The notes under the pieces: generated by a model
What the model was told of the DNA's origin: nothing
Databases searched by the model: none
What the model saw: only the letters and a program-made list of their open reading frames with translations
Shown here: positions 8,462 to 16,919 of the stretch, piece after piece
How positions within the stretch are numbered: the first letter of the stretch is position 1
Layout: every line of letters begins with the position of its first letter
Made by a program: the position numbers and the translations under genes
Virus record (IMG/VR): IMGVR_UViG_3300042329_000043
Coordinates: 1 to 30,429 of that record
DNA from: a virus
Taxonomy: Duplodnaviria; Caudoviricetes
Reading direction: 5' to 3' (one strand)
DNA: 30,429 nt

Positions 8462-8620
8462 ATGAAACATTTAAAAAGTATATCTGTTATGTTTTTTATT
8501 TCAGCTTATGCTACATCTGTTGCTATGTATTTTGAAGATGCTTTATTTTTAAAATTTGGTGGCGTTGCATTAGCATTATTTTTAACTTATCAATTAGTAG
8601 ATAAATATCAACAAAGATGA
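8462..8620 (+). CDS. Small membrane protein (52 aa, two hydrophobic segments)
   Basis: MKHLKSISVMFFISAYATSVAMYF...FGGVALALFLTYQL; ATGA overlap with the holin. Confidence 0.6.
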   Translation: MKHLKSISVMFFISAYATSVAMYFEDALFLKFGGVALALFLTYQLVDKYQQR

Positions 8621-9078
8621 GATTACAACTACTTATATTATTAGCAAATATACGATTATCATTTATGAAATTACTAGCAGTTATTGGATCATTTTTTTTA
8701 CCTATTTCTGGTATTTTATTTTTAATTGGGTTTTCAATATTAGTTGATACTATAACAGGAATTTGGAAGTCTAAAAAATTAGGGATTCCTATTACATCGA
8801 GAAAGCTTTCAGCTATTATTTCAAAATTCTTTTTATATGAACTTGCAGTTATTGGTTTTTATTTAATTGACTATTGGATATTAAATGACATTATTATGAC
8901 TTTCTTTTCTGTACCGTTAATGTTAACGAAAATTTTAGCTTTAACGCTTGTTTCGATCGAAGTGATGTCTATTAATGAGAATTATATTTTAATTAATAAA
9001 ATATCAATTTGGGATTCGCTTAAAAACCTTTTTACTAGAGCCAAAGAAATTAAACAAGAAATAAACGAAATAAAATGA
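8617..9078 (+). CDS. Holin (Phage_holin_4-like)
   Basis: Several TM segments, VDTITGIWKS...ITSRKL and EVMSINEN motifs; upstream of the lysin. Confidence 0.8.
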   Translation: MRLQLLILLANIRLSFMKLLAVIGSFFLPISGILFLIGFSILVDTITGIWKSKKLGIPITSRKLSAIISKFFLYELAVIGFYLIDYWILNDIIMTFFSVPLMLTKILALTLVSIEVMSINENYILINKISIWDSLKNLFTRAKEIKQEINEIK

Positions 9079-9152
9079 TAAAGAAATTTTTTGATTATTT
9101 AAATTTTCTACAAAGGGAAAAGATAAAAGCAATGATTTATTCTAAAATCTAA
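9075..9152 (+). CDS. Tiny hypothetical peptide (25 aa)
   Basis: ATGA overlap with the holin stop; fills the gap to the lysin. Confidence 0.35.
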   Translation: MIKKFFDYLNFLQREKIKAMIYSKI

Positions 9153-9154
9153 TT

Positions 9155-9739
9155 ATGTACACAAGGGAACAAATAGAAAAAGCGGTTAAAAGCAAAGGTT
9201 ACGTTTGGTTCGATAGCGCAAAAGATTACGACGTTAACATAGTTGGCGTAAGAAATTTAAAAAGCGGTAAAAAAGTAACTAACGAATTTGACGATACTTT
9301 AACTTTGAGTTATAAAATTAACGGAGTTTGGCAATTTCACGAATGGACGATAACAACCGACGCTGGAAAAAAACCAACTGAAATTTTAAGAAGTTCAAGG
9401 GGTGTTGCTCGTTTAGTTCCAAATCAATATAGAGGCGTTTACGCAGTAAGTTTACATAACGGAAAATATGAAGCACTTTGTCAAAGGTTGGGAAATGTTT
9501 CCGTATATAGAGACAACAACAAAGACAAAATTCACGACGAAAAAGTAATTGATTCTGGAATGTTTGGAATCAATATACATCGCTCAAGCATTTATAAAGA
9601 CCCATCAAACGTGGATTACTTTTCCGAAGGATGTCAAGTTTTCAGATACAACGCAAACTTTGTTGAGTTTATGAAAATAATAAACAAGGCTAAAGCGGTA
9701 TTCGGAAATAAATTTACATATACACTTATTGAACTATGA
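9155..9739 (+). CDS. Putative endolysin with a YkuD/L,D-transpeptidase-like H-x14-SxGC motif
   Basis: Between holin and spanin-like gene; GINIH...YFSEGCQV. Confidence 0.6.
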   Translation: MYTREQIEKAVKSKGYVWFDSAKDYDVNIVGVRNLKSGKKVTNEFDDTLTLSYKINGVWQFHEWTITTDAGKKPTEILRSSRGVARLVPNQYRGVYAVSLHNGKYEALCQRLGNVSVYRDNNKDKIHDEKVIDSGMFGINIHRSSIYKDPSNVDYFSEGCQVFRYNANFVEFMKIINKAKAVFGNKFTYTLIEL

Positions 9740-10194
9740 AAAGGCTCATAGTCTTTTTAAGCGTTCTAACGTTGTTTAGTTGCTCAACTGAAAGGAAAGC
9801 ACAATACCACTACAAAAAAGCGCTTAAACATGGCTTAAAATTAATTCAAGATAGCGATACAATACAAATTGCAACTATTGATTCGGTTGCTTATTATATA
9901 AATGACACGATTGTATATGAAAAAATTCTTCGATTTACAGATTCTGTTATTTTTTTTAAAAATGTGTATGTCCCAAAAACAAAATGGCAAACACGAATTG
10001 AATATCGTTACAAAACAAAAGTTTTAAAGCAAGACGTTTTAAAATATAAGTATATCTACAAAGACGCTAAAGAAAAACGTAAAGAGGTACAGATAACTAA
10101 GTCCAAAACTAATTGGATGCTGTTACTATGGGGCTTTCTTGCAGGAGTAATTTTGTCTTTCGTCACTAGACTAATAATCAAAATATATTTATGA
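9736..10194 (+). CDS. Lipoprotein with a C-terminal TM helix; unimolecular spanin-like
   Basis: Signal peptide with lipobox LFSC; C-terminal WMLLLWGFLAGVILSFV; lysis-module position. Confidence 0.65.
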   Translation: MKRLIVFLSVLTLFSCSTERKAQYHYKKALKHGLKLIQDSDTIQIATIDSVAYYINDTIVYEKILRFTDSVIFFKNVYVPKTKWQTRIEYRYKTKVLKQDVLKYKYIYKDAKEKRKEVQITKSKTNWMLLLWGFLAGVILSFVTRLIIKIYL

Positions 10195-11060
10195 TCAAAC
10201 ATTGTAAAAACCTGCATGAGCTTACCATTGATAAGTCTTACGCACAGATTGCTATGCTATCAGATCTACACTGGGATAATCCTCACTGTGATAGAGAGAT
10301 GGTTAAAAGACATTTAGATTATTGCTTGGCTGAAAATATTCCTGTTATGATAAACGGCGACTTTTTTTGTCTTATGCAAGGTCGTGGTGATAATAGACGT
10401 AATAAATCAGACATCAGACCTGAGCATAACAATGCAAATTATTTAGATTCTATAATAGAAACAGCAGTAGAATGGTTTTTACCTTATGCTAATATTTTAA
10501 AACTTATTGGATATGGCAATCATGAGACATCTATAATCAAATTTCAAGAAACTGATATACTTCAGCGATTTGTAGATTTACTTAACTATAAAAGTGGTGC
10601 AAATATACAAACAGGTGGATATGGTGGATGGTTAGTTATTAGGCAAAACTCAGGATGGGGAACTAATTACACAACTAAAATAAAATACTTCCATGGATCA
10701 GGTGGTGGTGGTATTGTCACAAAAGGTGCAATAAATTTAACAAGGGCTTTAGAGCTTTATGAAGGCTTTGAAGTGTTTACAATGGGCCACATCCATGAGA
10801 ATAGCTGCAGAAATGATGTAAGAGATACAATTGAAAGGAACCCTAAGTCAGGTTATGCCTTAAAACAAAAGCACCTACATTTAATGCTTACAGGAACATA
10901 TAAAGAAGAATACGGAGATGGCTCCCAAGGGTGGCACGTAGAGAGAGGAGCTCCCATTAAGCCATTAGGTGGCAGGATATTAACTATAAAAATAGTTAGG
11001 AGTACTACAGGAGAAAGATTAGTCACAAAATATATTGATTCTCATAAATTTAATTTATAG
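10191..11060 (+). CDS. Calcineurin-like metallophosphoesterase
   Basis: SDLH, NGD, GNHE, FHG and MGHIH motifs. Confidence 0.85.
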   Translation: MIKHCKNLHELTIDKSYAQIAMLSDLHWDNPHCDREMVKRHLDYCLAENIPVMINGDFFCLMQGRGDNRRNKSDIRPEHNNANYLDSIIETAVEWFLPYANILKLIGYGNHETSIIKFQETDILQRFVDLLNYKSGANIQTGGYGGWLVIRQNSGWGTNYTTKIKYFHGSGGGGIVTKGAINLTRALELYEGFEVFTMGHIHENSCRNDVRDTIERNPKSGYALKQKHLHLMLTGTYKEEYGDGSQGWHVERGAPIKPLGGRILTIKIVRSTTGERLVTKYIDSHKFNL

Positions 11061-11107
11061 AACAAACAAGATTCTATATATATTCTAAAAAAATTTCGCG
11101 TTTATTA

Positions 11108-11166
11108 TCATTAACATTTTAACTATTGTTAACTATTAACTATTGATTGTTAATAACTATTGTTAA
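11108..11166. repeat. Intergenic cluster of TAACTATT repeats and DnaA-box-like 9-mers
   Basis: TAACTATT at 11120, 11130, 11137, 11154; TCATTAACA at 11108; TGTTAATAA at 11148. Confidence 0.65.
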
Positions 11167-11195
11167 ATGGTTTTTTTTAGTGTTAAAAAAGTATT

Positions 11196-11203
11196 TACAT
11201 TTG
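11196..11203 (+). promoter_or_regulatory. Bacteroidota -7 promoter box; probable early promoter
   Basis: TACATTTG followed by TATATAA, upstream of the small early genes. Confidence 0.65.
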
Positions 11204-11231
11204 TATATAATATTTATTTAATTTAAAAACT

Positions 11232-11420
11232 ATGAACGAAGATCAAACAGCAGTTGAATGGCTTAACAATCAATTAAAAGACAATCTTGGAAAGATTATT
11301 ATTAATCAAGATTGGAACTTATATGAAGACCTTATTGCTCAAGCTTTGAAATACGAAGACGAGCAAACCGACAAGGCGCGAACAAGTGGATATGATTTTG
11401 CTAAAAATTTTAACAAATGA
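11232..11420 (+). CDS. Hypothetical protein (QTAVEWL-type small phage protein)
   Basis: First ORF after the promoter; ATGA-coupled to the next gene. Confidence 0.7.
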   Translation: MNEDQTAVEWLNNQLKDNLGKIIINQDWNLYEDLIAQALKYEDEQTDKARTSGYDFAKNFNK

Positions 11421-11740
11421 ATTTAGAAGATTTACAAATTGATCAAAACGTCGCAACTTTATATTATGAAATTGACGGCGTTGAATTTATCATGAATTTT
11501 GATTGGACATTTTACGATGCAGACCCGAAAACTTACGATTGCAAAATTGATGTATATTGTACGGATGCAGAACAATGGATTAACGGGGTTAGGCATTCGT
11601 ATTTTCCAAGCGTAGACGAAATGAAAGCAATTAAAACGGCTATTGAAGACGTTGTTTTAGAATCGCCAGTTGATTGGGGGTTGGTTGAACATTTAGAAAT
11701 GGAATTAGATTTTTATAACGAACTTAAAAACGAAAACTAA
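11417..11740 (+). CDS. Acidic hypothetical protein
   Basis: 107 aa, Asp/Glu-rich, translationally coupled. Confidence 0.75.
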   Translation: MNLEDLQIDQNVATLYYEIDGVEFIMNFDWTFYDADPKTYDCKIDVYCTDAEQWINGVRHSYFPSVDEMKAIKTAIEDVVLESPVDWGLVEHLEMELDFYNELKNEN

Positions 11741-11741
11741 A

Positions 11742-11915
11742 ATGGAAAATGAATTTACACAAACAACCTTTTCATTAAAACGAAAAATGAATTGGTGGAG
11801 AGAACAAAGCGTTGAAGGCGACAAAGGTGGGAGCTTTAACCTTGAACTTTACTTAGACTATTTAGACAATCAAGATTTTAACGAAGAAACAATAACTAAA
11901 ACAAAAGACAAATGA
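11742..11915 (+). CDS. Hypothetical protein (57 aa)
   Basis: MENEFTQTTFSLKRKMNWWRE...; fills the gap, ATGA overlap with the next ORF. Confidence 0.6.
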   Translation: MENEFTQTTFSLKRKMNWWREQSVEGDKGGSFNLELYLDYLDNQDFNEETITKTKDK

Positions 11916-12058
11916 AGAGATATAAAATTACATTTAACTATTTCGAAGGCGGTATAAAACTAATTGGAATAAAAATTTTAGAAGCTTACGACAAGGAACA
12001 CGCTTTACAATTAATGGCTATGTGGCCTAAACTAATACTAAAAGTAGAAACGTTATGA
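11912..12058 (+). CDS. Hypothetical protein (48 aa)
   Basis: MKRYKITFNYFEGG...; ATGA overlaps at both ends. Confidence 0.6.
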   Translation: MKRYKITFNYFEGGIKLIGIKILEAYDKEHALQLMAMWPKLILKVETL

Positions 12059-12438
12059 TTGATAGAATAAAAGAAATAATAGAAAAAGAAAATTTAAAAC
12101 AAAAAACTAAAAAGCCTAACAAGGTTCATCGTCGATGGTTTTTATTTAAATTATTAAGGAAAAACAATGTGACATATAAAGGCATTGCAGAAATGTTTAA
12201 TATGAATCATGCTACTATTATATATGGCATGCAACAAGTCGAAAAATTTGAAAAACAAAAAGACGAAATATATTTATTAGACACTAAAGATCTTAATATT
12301 GAATTTAATAATGTTGAAATAATTTTAAAAGAACGAGATTTGTTTGAAGACATATTAAACTGTAATAATTTACAAGCATTAACAAAAATAAAATGTAGAA
12401 TTGACAATGGTATTTACAAACAAAACAAAAATTTATGA
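12055..12438 (+). CDS. HTH protein resembling the DnaA C-terminal (domain IV) fold
   Basis: TYKGIAEMFNMNHATIIYG resembles the DnaA SLxxIGxxFGGRDHTTVxHA signature. Confidence 0.65.
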   Translation: MIDRIKEIIEKENLKQKTKKPNKVHRRWFLFKLLRKNNVTYKGIAEMFNMNHATIIYGMQQVEKFEKQKDEIYLLDTKDLNIEFNNVEIILKERDLFEDILNCNNLQALTKIKCRIDNGIYKQNKNL

Positions 12439-12710
12439 ATATTTTAGAAAAAGCAAATGAAATAATTAATTTGCGAGTAGAAGAAAAAGAAAGAATGTAT
12501 GGTCCATTTGAAGAAGGAATGGAAAGAGCAGCTAAAATTGCTTCTGGATGTACTGGCAAGGAATTTACAACTAGTGATATGTATATATGTCTCGTAGCGC
12601 TAAAATTATCTAGGCAATCTTACAATCATAAAGAGGATAACTTATTGGATGCAGTTGCTTATTTAGCAAGTTTAAATAACTATAATAACAATAAAAAATG
12701 CAAAATATGA
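12435..12710 (+). CDS. DUF6378-like protein
   Basis: ILEKANEII...YG...LKLSR...DNLLDAVAY pattern. Confidence 0.7.
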   Translation: MNILEKANEIINLRVEEKERMYGPFEEGMERAAKIASGCTGKEFTTSDMYICLVALKLSRQSYNHKEDNLLDAVAYLASLNNYNNNKKCKI

Positions 12711-13741
12711 AAATTTTATTTACAGGAAGTACAGCTAAGCAAACAGACGATTTAGCTTGGCAAAGAGCAAGGGTTAAAAGAATAGACGATAGTTCTATTA
12801 TATGCAACTCTTTAAGAAAACAAGGTTACACAGTTGATCGTAAAAAAATTAAATGGGGAGAAGATCTATCTGAATACGATTTAGCAATAGTTGGAATGGG
12901 ATGTTTCGGAAGTAATAATTATTCTGGTGATATCTTTAATTCTATTTATGCTTTACAACAAATACCTAATTCTTTAGTATTTTACGAAGATTGGAAAATT
13001 GAATCAAATATGAGTTCATTTAATGGAATGTTAAAAAAAGGAATTTTAGAAAAAGCAATAGCCAAAAAATGGAGCAATGGAGATTATTTTTATGGAGGAG
13101 TTAATAACCCTAATTTTGATATTGAAGCTTGTAAACAAGTATTGTTAAACTTAAGCAATGGATTTTATGACGCTTTAATACCAGCATTTGATTGGGGAAA
13201 CAAAGAAATAGTACGAAAAATAATAAAGTCAAAAAATATATATAATTTAGACCTTACACCTTATGTTATTGAGAATTGGGAAATTAATATTAAACCAGAA
13301 CCTCAAGAAAAGAAAAAGGAATACATGTTAGCTTCGCTTGTTGACCATAGTAGATGGGTAAAGAAAAGTGGAGTTAGATGGAAAGTTATTTATTATGGAG
13401 CCAAATCAATTAAAGACTCTATAAAATTAGATTCTGAAACTGATGTATATAATGAATGTGGAAAATATTGGGGAATTCTTTGCCCAGAATATCCTCACTC
13501 AGGAAGTGGATGGTTTAGAATTAGGTATATTTACTCAGCTTTACAACGTTCTATTATTTATGCTTCTTTAAATGATTTAATGGCTTTAGGAATAACTTGG
13601 AAAAGATTAGAAAACCTTTCGGATGATGAATTAATGGAATATGCTAATGAACAAAGAAAAGCTATTTTTGCACATTCTTGGAATAAAGAAAAGTTTGATA
13701 ACGAGATAATTAGAATTGTAAATTTAAAAAATAAAAAATGA
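12707..13741 (+). CDS. Putative GT-B glycosyltransferase (DNA beta-glucosyltransferase-like)
   Basis: MKILFTG N-terminal strand, SLRKQGYTVD, YDLAIVG, FYEDW; size similar to T4 BGT; next to a dCMP-hydroxymethylase-like gene. Start 12707 preferred for its ATGA overlap. Confidence 0.5.
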   Translation: MKILFTGSTAKQTDDLAWQRARVKRIDDSSIICNSLRKQGYTVDRKKIKWGEDLSEYDLAIVGMGCFGSNNYSGDIFNSIYALQQIPNSLVFYEDWKIESNMSSFNGMLKKGILEKAIAKKWSNGDYFYGGVNNPNFDIEACKQVLLNLSNGFYDALIPAFDWGNKEIVRKIIKSKNIYNLDLTPYVIENWEINIKPEPQEKKKEYMLASLVDHSRWVKKSGVRWKVIYYGAKSIKDSIKLDSETDVYNECGKYWGILCPEYPHSGSGWFRIRYIYSALQRSIIYASLNDLMALGITWKRLENLSDDELMEYANEQRKAIFAHSWNKEKFDNEIIRIVNLKNKK

Positions 13742-13911
13742 AATTAGTTAAAGACAACTTTTATGATTTTAAGTTTATTGGCAAAACATTAAAAGGTAAA
13801 TTTGTAGAAAAAAAAATATTATGGGATGGTGAAATACTATACAAATTCACTGATGGAAAATTAATTTACTCAATTAAAAAAGAAAATATATGTGGCAATT
13901 CAAAACAGTAA
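13738..13911 (+). CDS. Hypothetical protein (57 aa)
   Basis: MKLVKDNFYDFKFIGKTLKG...; ATGA overlap upstream, overlaps the next start. Confidence 0.55.
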   Translation: MKLVKDNFYDFKFIGKTLKGKFVEKKILWDGEILYKFTDGKLIYSIKKENICGNSKQ

Positions 13912-14534
13912 CAGAAGCTTTTGAATATTACTATTTAAAAATTGATAGTCAAAGCAAACAAGAAAATGGAACTAAAGCCCTTTACAATCAAATGTTTACT
14001 ATAACAGACACTTCAAAAAAAATAGTAACATCTAAATTTAGAAATTTTAAACTTAGTTATGCAGAAAAAGAATGGGAATGGTATTTAAGCAAAGATAGAA
14101 GTGCTGTAGAAATAGCAAAAATAGCTAAAATATGGTACAATCACATGGATGAAAGAGGATATGTAAATTCTAATTATGGATGGCAATGGAGCAGAAATGA
14201 ACAATTAAAATATGTAATTAATGAACTTAAGAGAGATAAATATAGTAGACGTGCATTAATATCTATCTATGATGGAAAAGAACATAAGGAATACTCTAGA
14301 GATACTCCTTGCACACTATCTATTCAGTTTTATTTTACACCTGACTCAGACAAGTTACACATGACTGTATTAATGAGATCTAATGACTTATGGTTTGGAT
14401 TTTGTAATGATGCTTATGCTTTTCTTATGTTGCATAACTTAGTTTGTAAAGCTTTAAAAGTAAAGCAAGGATTTTACACTCATTATGCCGCTAATTTACA
14501 TTTATACGAAAAACATTTTAATAAATGTATATAG
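13890..14534 (+). CDS. Thymidylate-synthase-family enzyme, probably dCMP hydroxymethylase (or dCMP methylase)
   Basis: NSNYG, SRRA, catalytic PC, MRSNDLWFGFCND, NLHLYE; Asp at the position of ThyA Asn177, as in T4 gp42. Confidence 0.8.
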   Translation: MWQFKTVTEAFEYYYLKIDSQSKQENGTKALYNQMFTITDTSKKIVTSKFRNFKLSYAEKEWEWYLSKDRSAVEIAKIAKIWYNHMDERGYVNSNYGWQWSRNEQLKYVINELKRDKYSRRALISIYDGKEHKEYSRDTPCTLSIQFYFTPDSDKLHMTVLMRSNDLWFGFCNDAYAFLMLHNLVCKALKVKQGFYTHYAANLHLYEKHFNKCI

Positions 14535-14549
14535 ATTAAAATAAATAAT

Positions 14550-14557
14550 TATATTTG
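14550..14557 (+). promoter_or_regulatory. Bacteroidota -7 promoter box
   Basis: TATATTTG followed by CATATAA in an intergenic gap. Confidence 0.6.
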
Positions 14558-14586
14558 CATATAAATAAACCAATAAAATAAAAATT

Positions 14587-14934
14587 ATGAAACTAAAAAA
14601 TGAATTTGAACCAATAAGAAATTGGGCTTCTGAAAGAGGAATTTACGAAAAAGGCGATGCTAAAACTCAATGTATTAAATTATTTGAGGAAGTAGGAGAG
14701 TTATCTAAAGCTATTCTTAATAATGACAAAGACGAAATGATAGACGCTATTGGTGATATAGTAGTAGTTTTAACTAACCTAACAGAGTTGTTACCTCTTT
14801 ATAAGGAAGGAGAGGACGGTTATGGCGATATTGAAAATATTACGATTGAAGATTGTATTAATTCTGCTTATAAAGTAATAGCCGAAAGAAAAGGTAAAAT
14901 GGTTGATGGTACATTTATTAAAGAGAAATTATGA
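14587..14934 (+). CDS. MazG-like nucleotide pyrophosphohydrolase
   Basis: KLFEEVGEL...DAIGDIVVVL; RKGKMVDGTFIK. Confidence 0.85.
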   Translation: MKLKNEFEPIRNWASERGIYEKGDAKTQCIKLFEEVGELSKAILNNDKDEMIDAIGDIVVVLTNLTELLPLYKEGEDGYGDIENITIEDCINSAYKVIAERKGKMVDGTFIKEKL

Positions 14935-15350
14935 GGACATATTTATCAAGAATAAAAATACCACCAGAAATAGCAAAAGAGTCTACTGGTTTTATAGGTG
15001 AAAAAATATTTGAATTATGGTTTACGCTTAATTACCAAGGAGAAAAAATATTTAAACAATTAGCAGATAGAGAATACCAACAAATTGATTTTGCTGATGA
15101 AAAAGGTTATAAGTATCAAGTTAAAGCTACTAAATACCGTTCATATACATTTAATTGTTGTTTAGAAGACCTTAGCGATCATTTAAATAGTGACTATTAT
15201 GTTTTTATACAAATAAAGGATAAACACGCTTACATTGAATCTATTTACAATAAAAGCGAAGTGTTAAATAAAGTTAGCGTTTCATTTAAGGATCAAAATA
15301 CTTGTTTTATGTGGGCTAATGATTTGCTTCAACAAAAATTAGAAATATGA
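14931..15350 (+). CDS. PD-(D/E)XK-like nuclease (putative)
   Basis: GFIGEKIF...IDF...YQVKAT arrangement of a restriction-endonuclease-like fold. Confidence 0.5.
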   Translation: MRTYLSRIKIPPEIAKESTGFIGEKIFELWFTLNYQGEKIFKQLADREYQQIDFADEKGYKYQVKATKYRSYTFNCCLEDLSDHLNSDYYVFIQIKDKHAYIESIYNKSEVLNKVSVSFKDQNTCFMWANDLLQQKLEI

Positions 15351-15988
15351 GTGGTTGGATTAAATTACATAGGCAAATTTTGGAATGGGAATGGTTCTCT
15401 GATATAAATACTTTTAGACTTTTTTTATATATTATTCTTAAAGCAAACCATAAGGAAAAAAAGTATAGAGGAATGGACTTAAAAGTTGGTACAATTATAA
15501 CTTCAAGAGATATTTTAGCAATAGAAACTGGACTTAGCGTTAGACAAATTAGGACCGCTTTAGACAAGCTAAAAATGACCAATGAATTGACCATTAAAAC
15601 AAGTACGCAAGGTACTGTAATTGAAGTAGTTAACTATAAAAAGTATCAACTAACTGTTAGCGAAGTGGCCAACGAAAGACCAATGAATGACCAGCAAGTG
15701 ACCAGTAACAAGAAAGATAATAAAGAAAATAATAATATTTATAGAAGCTTTGATCATTTATCTTTAACAAATGATGAGTTTGAAAAGTTGCTTTTATTAA
15801 ATTCAAAACAACAAATTAATGAGGTATTAGATAAAATTGAAAATTATAAAAGCAATAAAAATTATAAATCTTTATACTTAACTGCTAAAAATTGGCTTAA
15901 ACAATATGAAGTAGCTGAATTTGATAAAGTTGGAGATGATCTTTATAACAATGTAATGTCGCAAATAAATAAATTAAATAAAAAATGA
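15347..15988 (+). CDS. Phage replication initiator (lambda O / replisome organiser-like)
   Basis: [17 protein letters not shown]-terminus, winged HTH ([16 protein letters not shown]), repeat-rich linker; upstream of the helicase. Confidence 0.8.
   Translation: MSGWIKLHRQILEWEWFSDINTFRLFLYIILKANHKEKKYRGMDLKVGTIITSRDILAIETGLSVRQIRTALDKLKMTNELTIKTSTQGTVIEVVNYKKYQLTVSEVANERPMNDQQVTSNKKDNKENNNIYRSFDHLSLTNDEFEKLLLLNSKQQINEVLDKIENYKSNKNYKSLYLTAKNWLKQYEVAEFDKVGDDLYNNVMSQINKLNKK
15577..15740. repeat. Iteron-like GACCA repeats plus AT-rich tract; candidate replication origin
   Basis: GRCCA at 15667, 15678, 15689, 15700 (11-bp period) and at 15577, 15589; A-rich tract follows. Confidence 0.6.
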
Positions 15989-16917
15989 TACAGAAAAAAG
16001 GAAGTTTTATTGATTATTTAATAGATTATCGAAATGGTAAAATAAAGCAAGGATTAGGCATAGGATGTCCTTTAGATATTTATTTAAGATTTAAGACTAA
16101 ACAATTAAACATAATTTTAGGACACGATAACGTTGGTAAAACTTATTGGATAACTTGGTACTTTTTAACATTAGCTATTAAGCAAAATTTAAAGTTTATT
16201 ATTTGGAGTGGTGAGAATCAAAGTGGACAATTAATGAGAGACATGGTTCAAATTTATTCTGGTAAACCTTTTAAAGAATTAACCAATAATCAAATACATA
16301 GTTATTCTGCTTATTTAGAGCAATTTTTTGATTTTATTGACAACGTAAAGTTATATAAACCAATAGAACTATTAGAAATTTTTAGAAACTCATCTGCAGA
16401 CGCTTGTTTAATAGATCCTTTTACTGGATTAGATAGAGATATGAATTATGAAGGAAATTATAAATTTTTAAATATGGCACGGCAATTTGTAAACGAAACG
16501 GGAAAAACAATCTACATAAATACACATCCAACAAGCGAAAGTGGTAGAAATGGAAATTTGTATCCAGATCAACATCATTGGAAAGGACATTTAAGACCTC
16601 CATTAAAAGATTACATTGAAGGTGGTAAAGCGTTTCTAAATAGATGTGATGATATGTTTGTTATTCATCGACTTATAAAGCATAACGAAATGAAGTATTT
16701 TACAATGATAAATGTTGAAAAAATAAAAGATATGGATACTGGTGGCAAACATACTGAATTGGAAATGCCTATTTTATGTGAATTTAATCGTGGATTAGGT
16801 TTTGTTATAGATAGTGTAGATCCTTTAAAAGATGTAAGACCAAAAAATGTAAATATAACAAGCAAAGCAATTAACTTAGACATTTGGGACGAATTAAACA
16901 CAAAAGCAAAACAATAA
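15985..16917 (+). CDS. DnaB-like replicative helicase (P-loop NTPase)
   Basis: Walker [12 protein letters not shown], Walker B CLIDP, HP motif, VEKIK. Confidence 0.8.
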   Translation: MIQKKGSFIDYLIDYRNGKIKQGLGIGCPLDIYLRFKTKQLNIILGHDNVGKTYWITWYFLTLAIKQNLKFIIWSGENQSGQLMRDMVQIYSGKPFKELTNNQIHSYSAYLEQFFDFIDNVKLYKPIELLEIFRNSSADACLIDPFTGLDRDMNYEGNYKFLNMARQFVNETGKTIYINTHPTSESGRNGNLYPDQHHWKGHLRPPLKDYIEGGKAFLNRCDDMFVIHRLIKHNEMKYFTMINVEKIKDMDTGGKHTELEMPILCEFNRGLGFVIDSVDPLKDVRPKNVNITSKAINLDIWDELNTKAKQ

Positions 16918-16919
16918 AA

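Noticed and set aside
11108-11166. Mini-CRISPR array
   Set aside because: The repeats are only 8-13 nt with no spacer-length intervals, and there are no cas genes
13890-14534. Annotation as ordinary thyA
   Set aside because: Asp rather than Asn at the pyrimidine specificity position, plus a glycosyltransferase-like neighbour
14587-14934. 2-aminoadenine (Z-genome) pathway suggested by the MazG-like gene
   Set aside because: No PurZ-like or HD-domain dATPase gene is visible
16884-16919. Upstream TTG start for the coiled-coil ORF
   Set aside because: It overlaps the helicase; ATG 16920 has the typical A-rich context right after the stop
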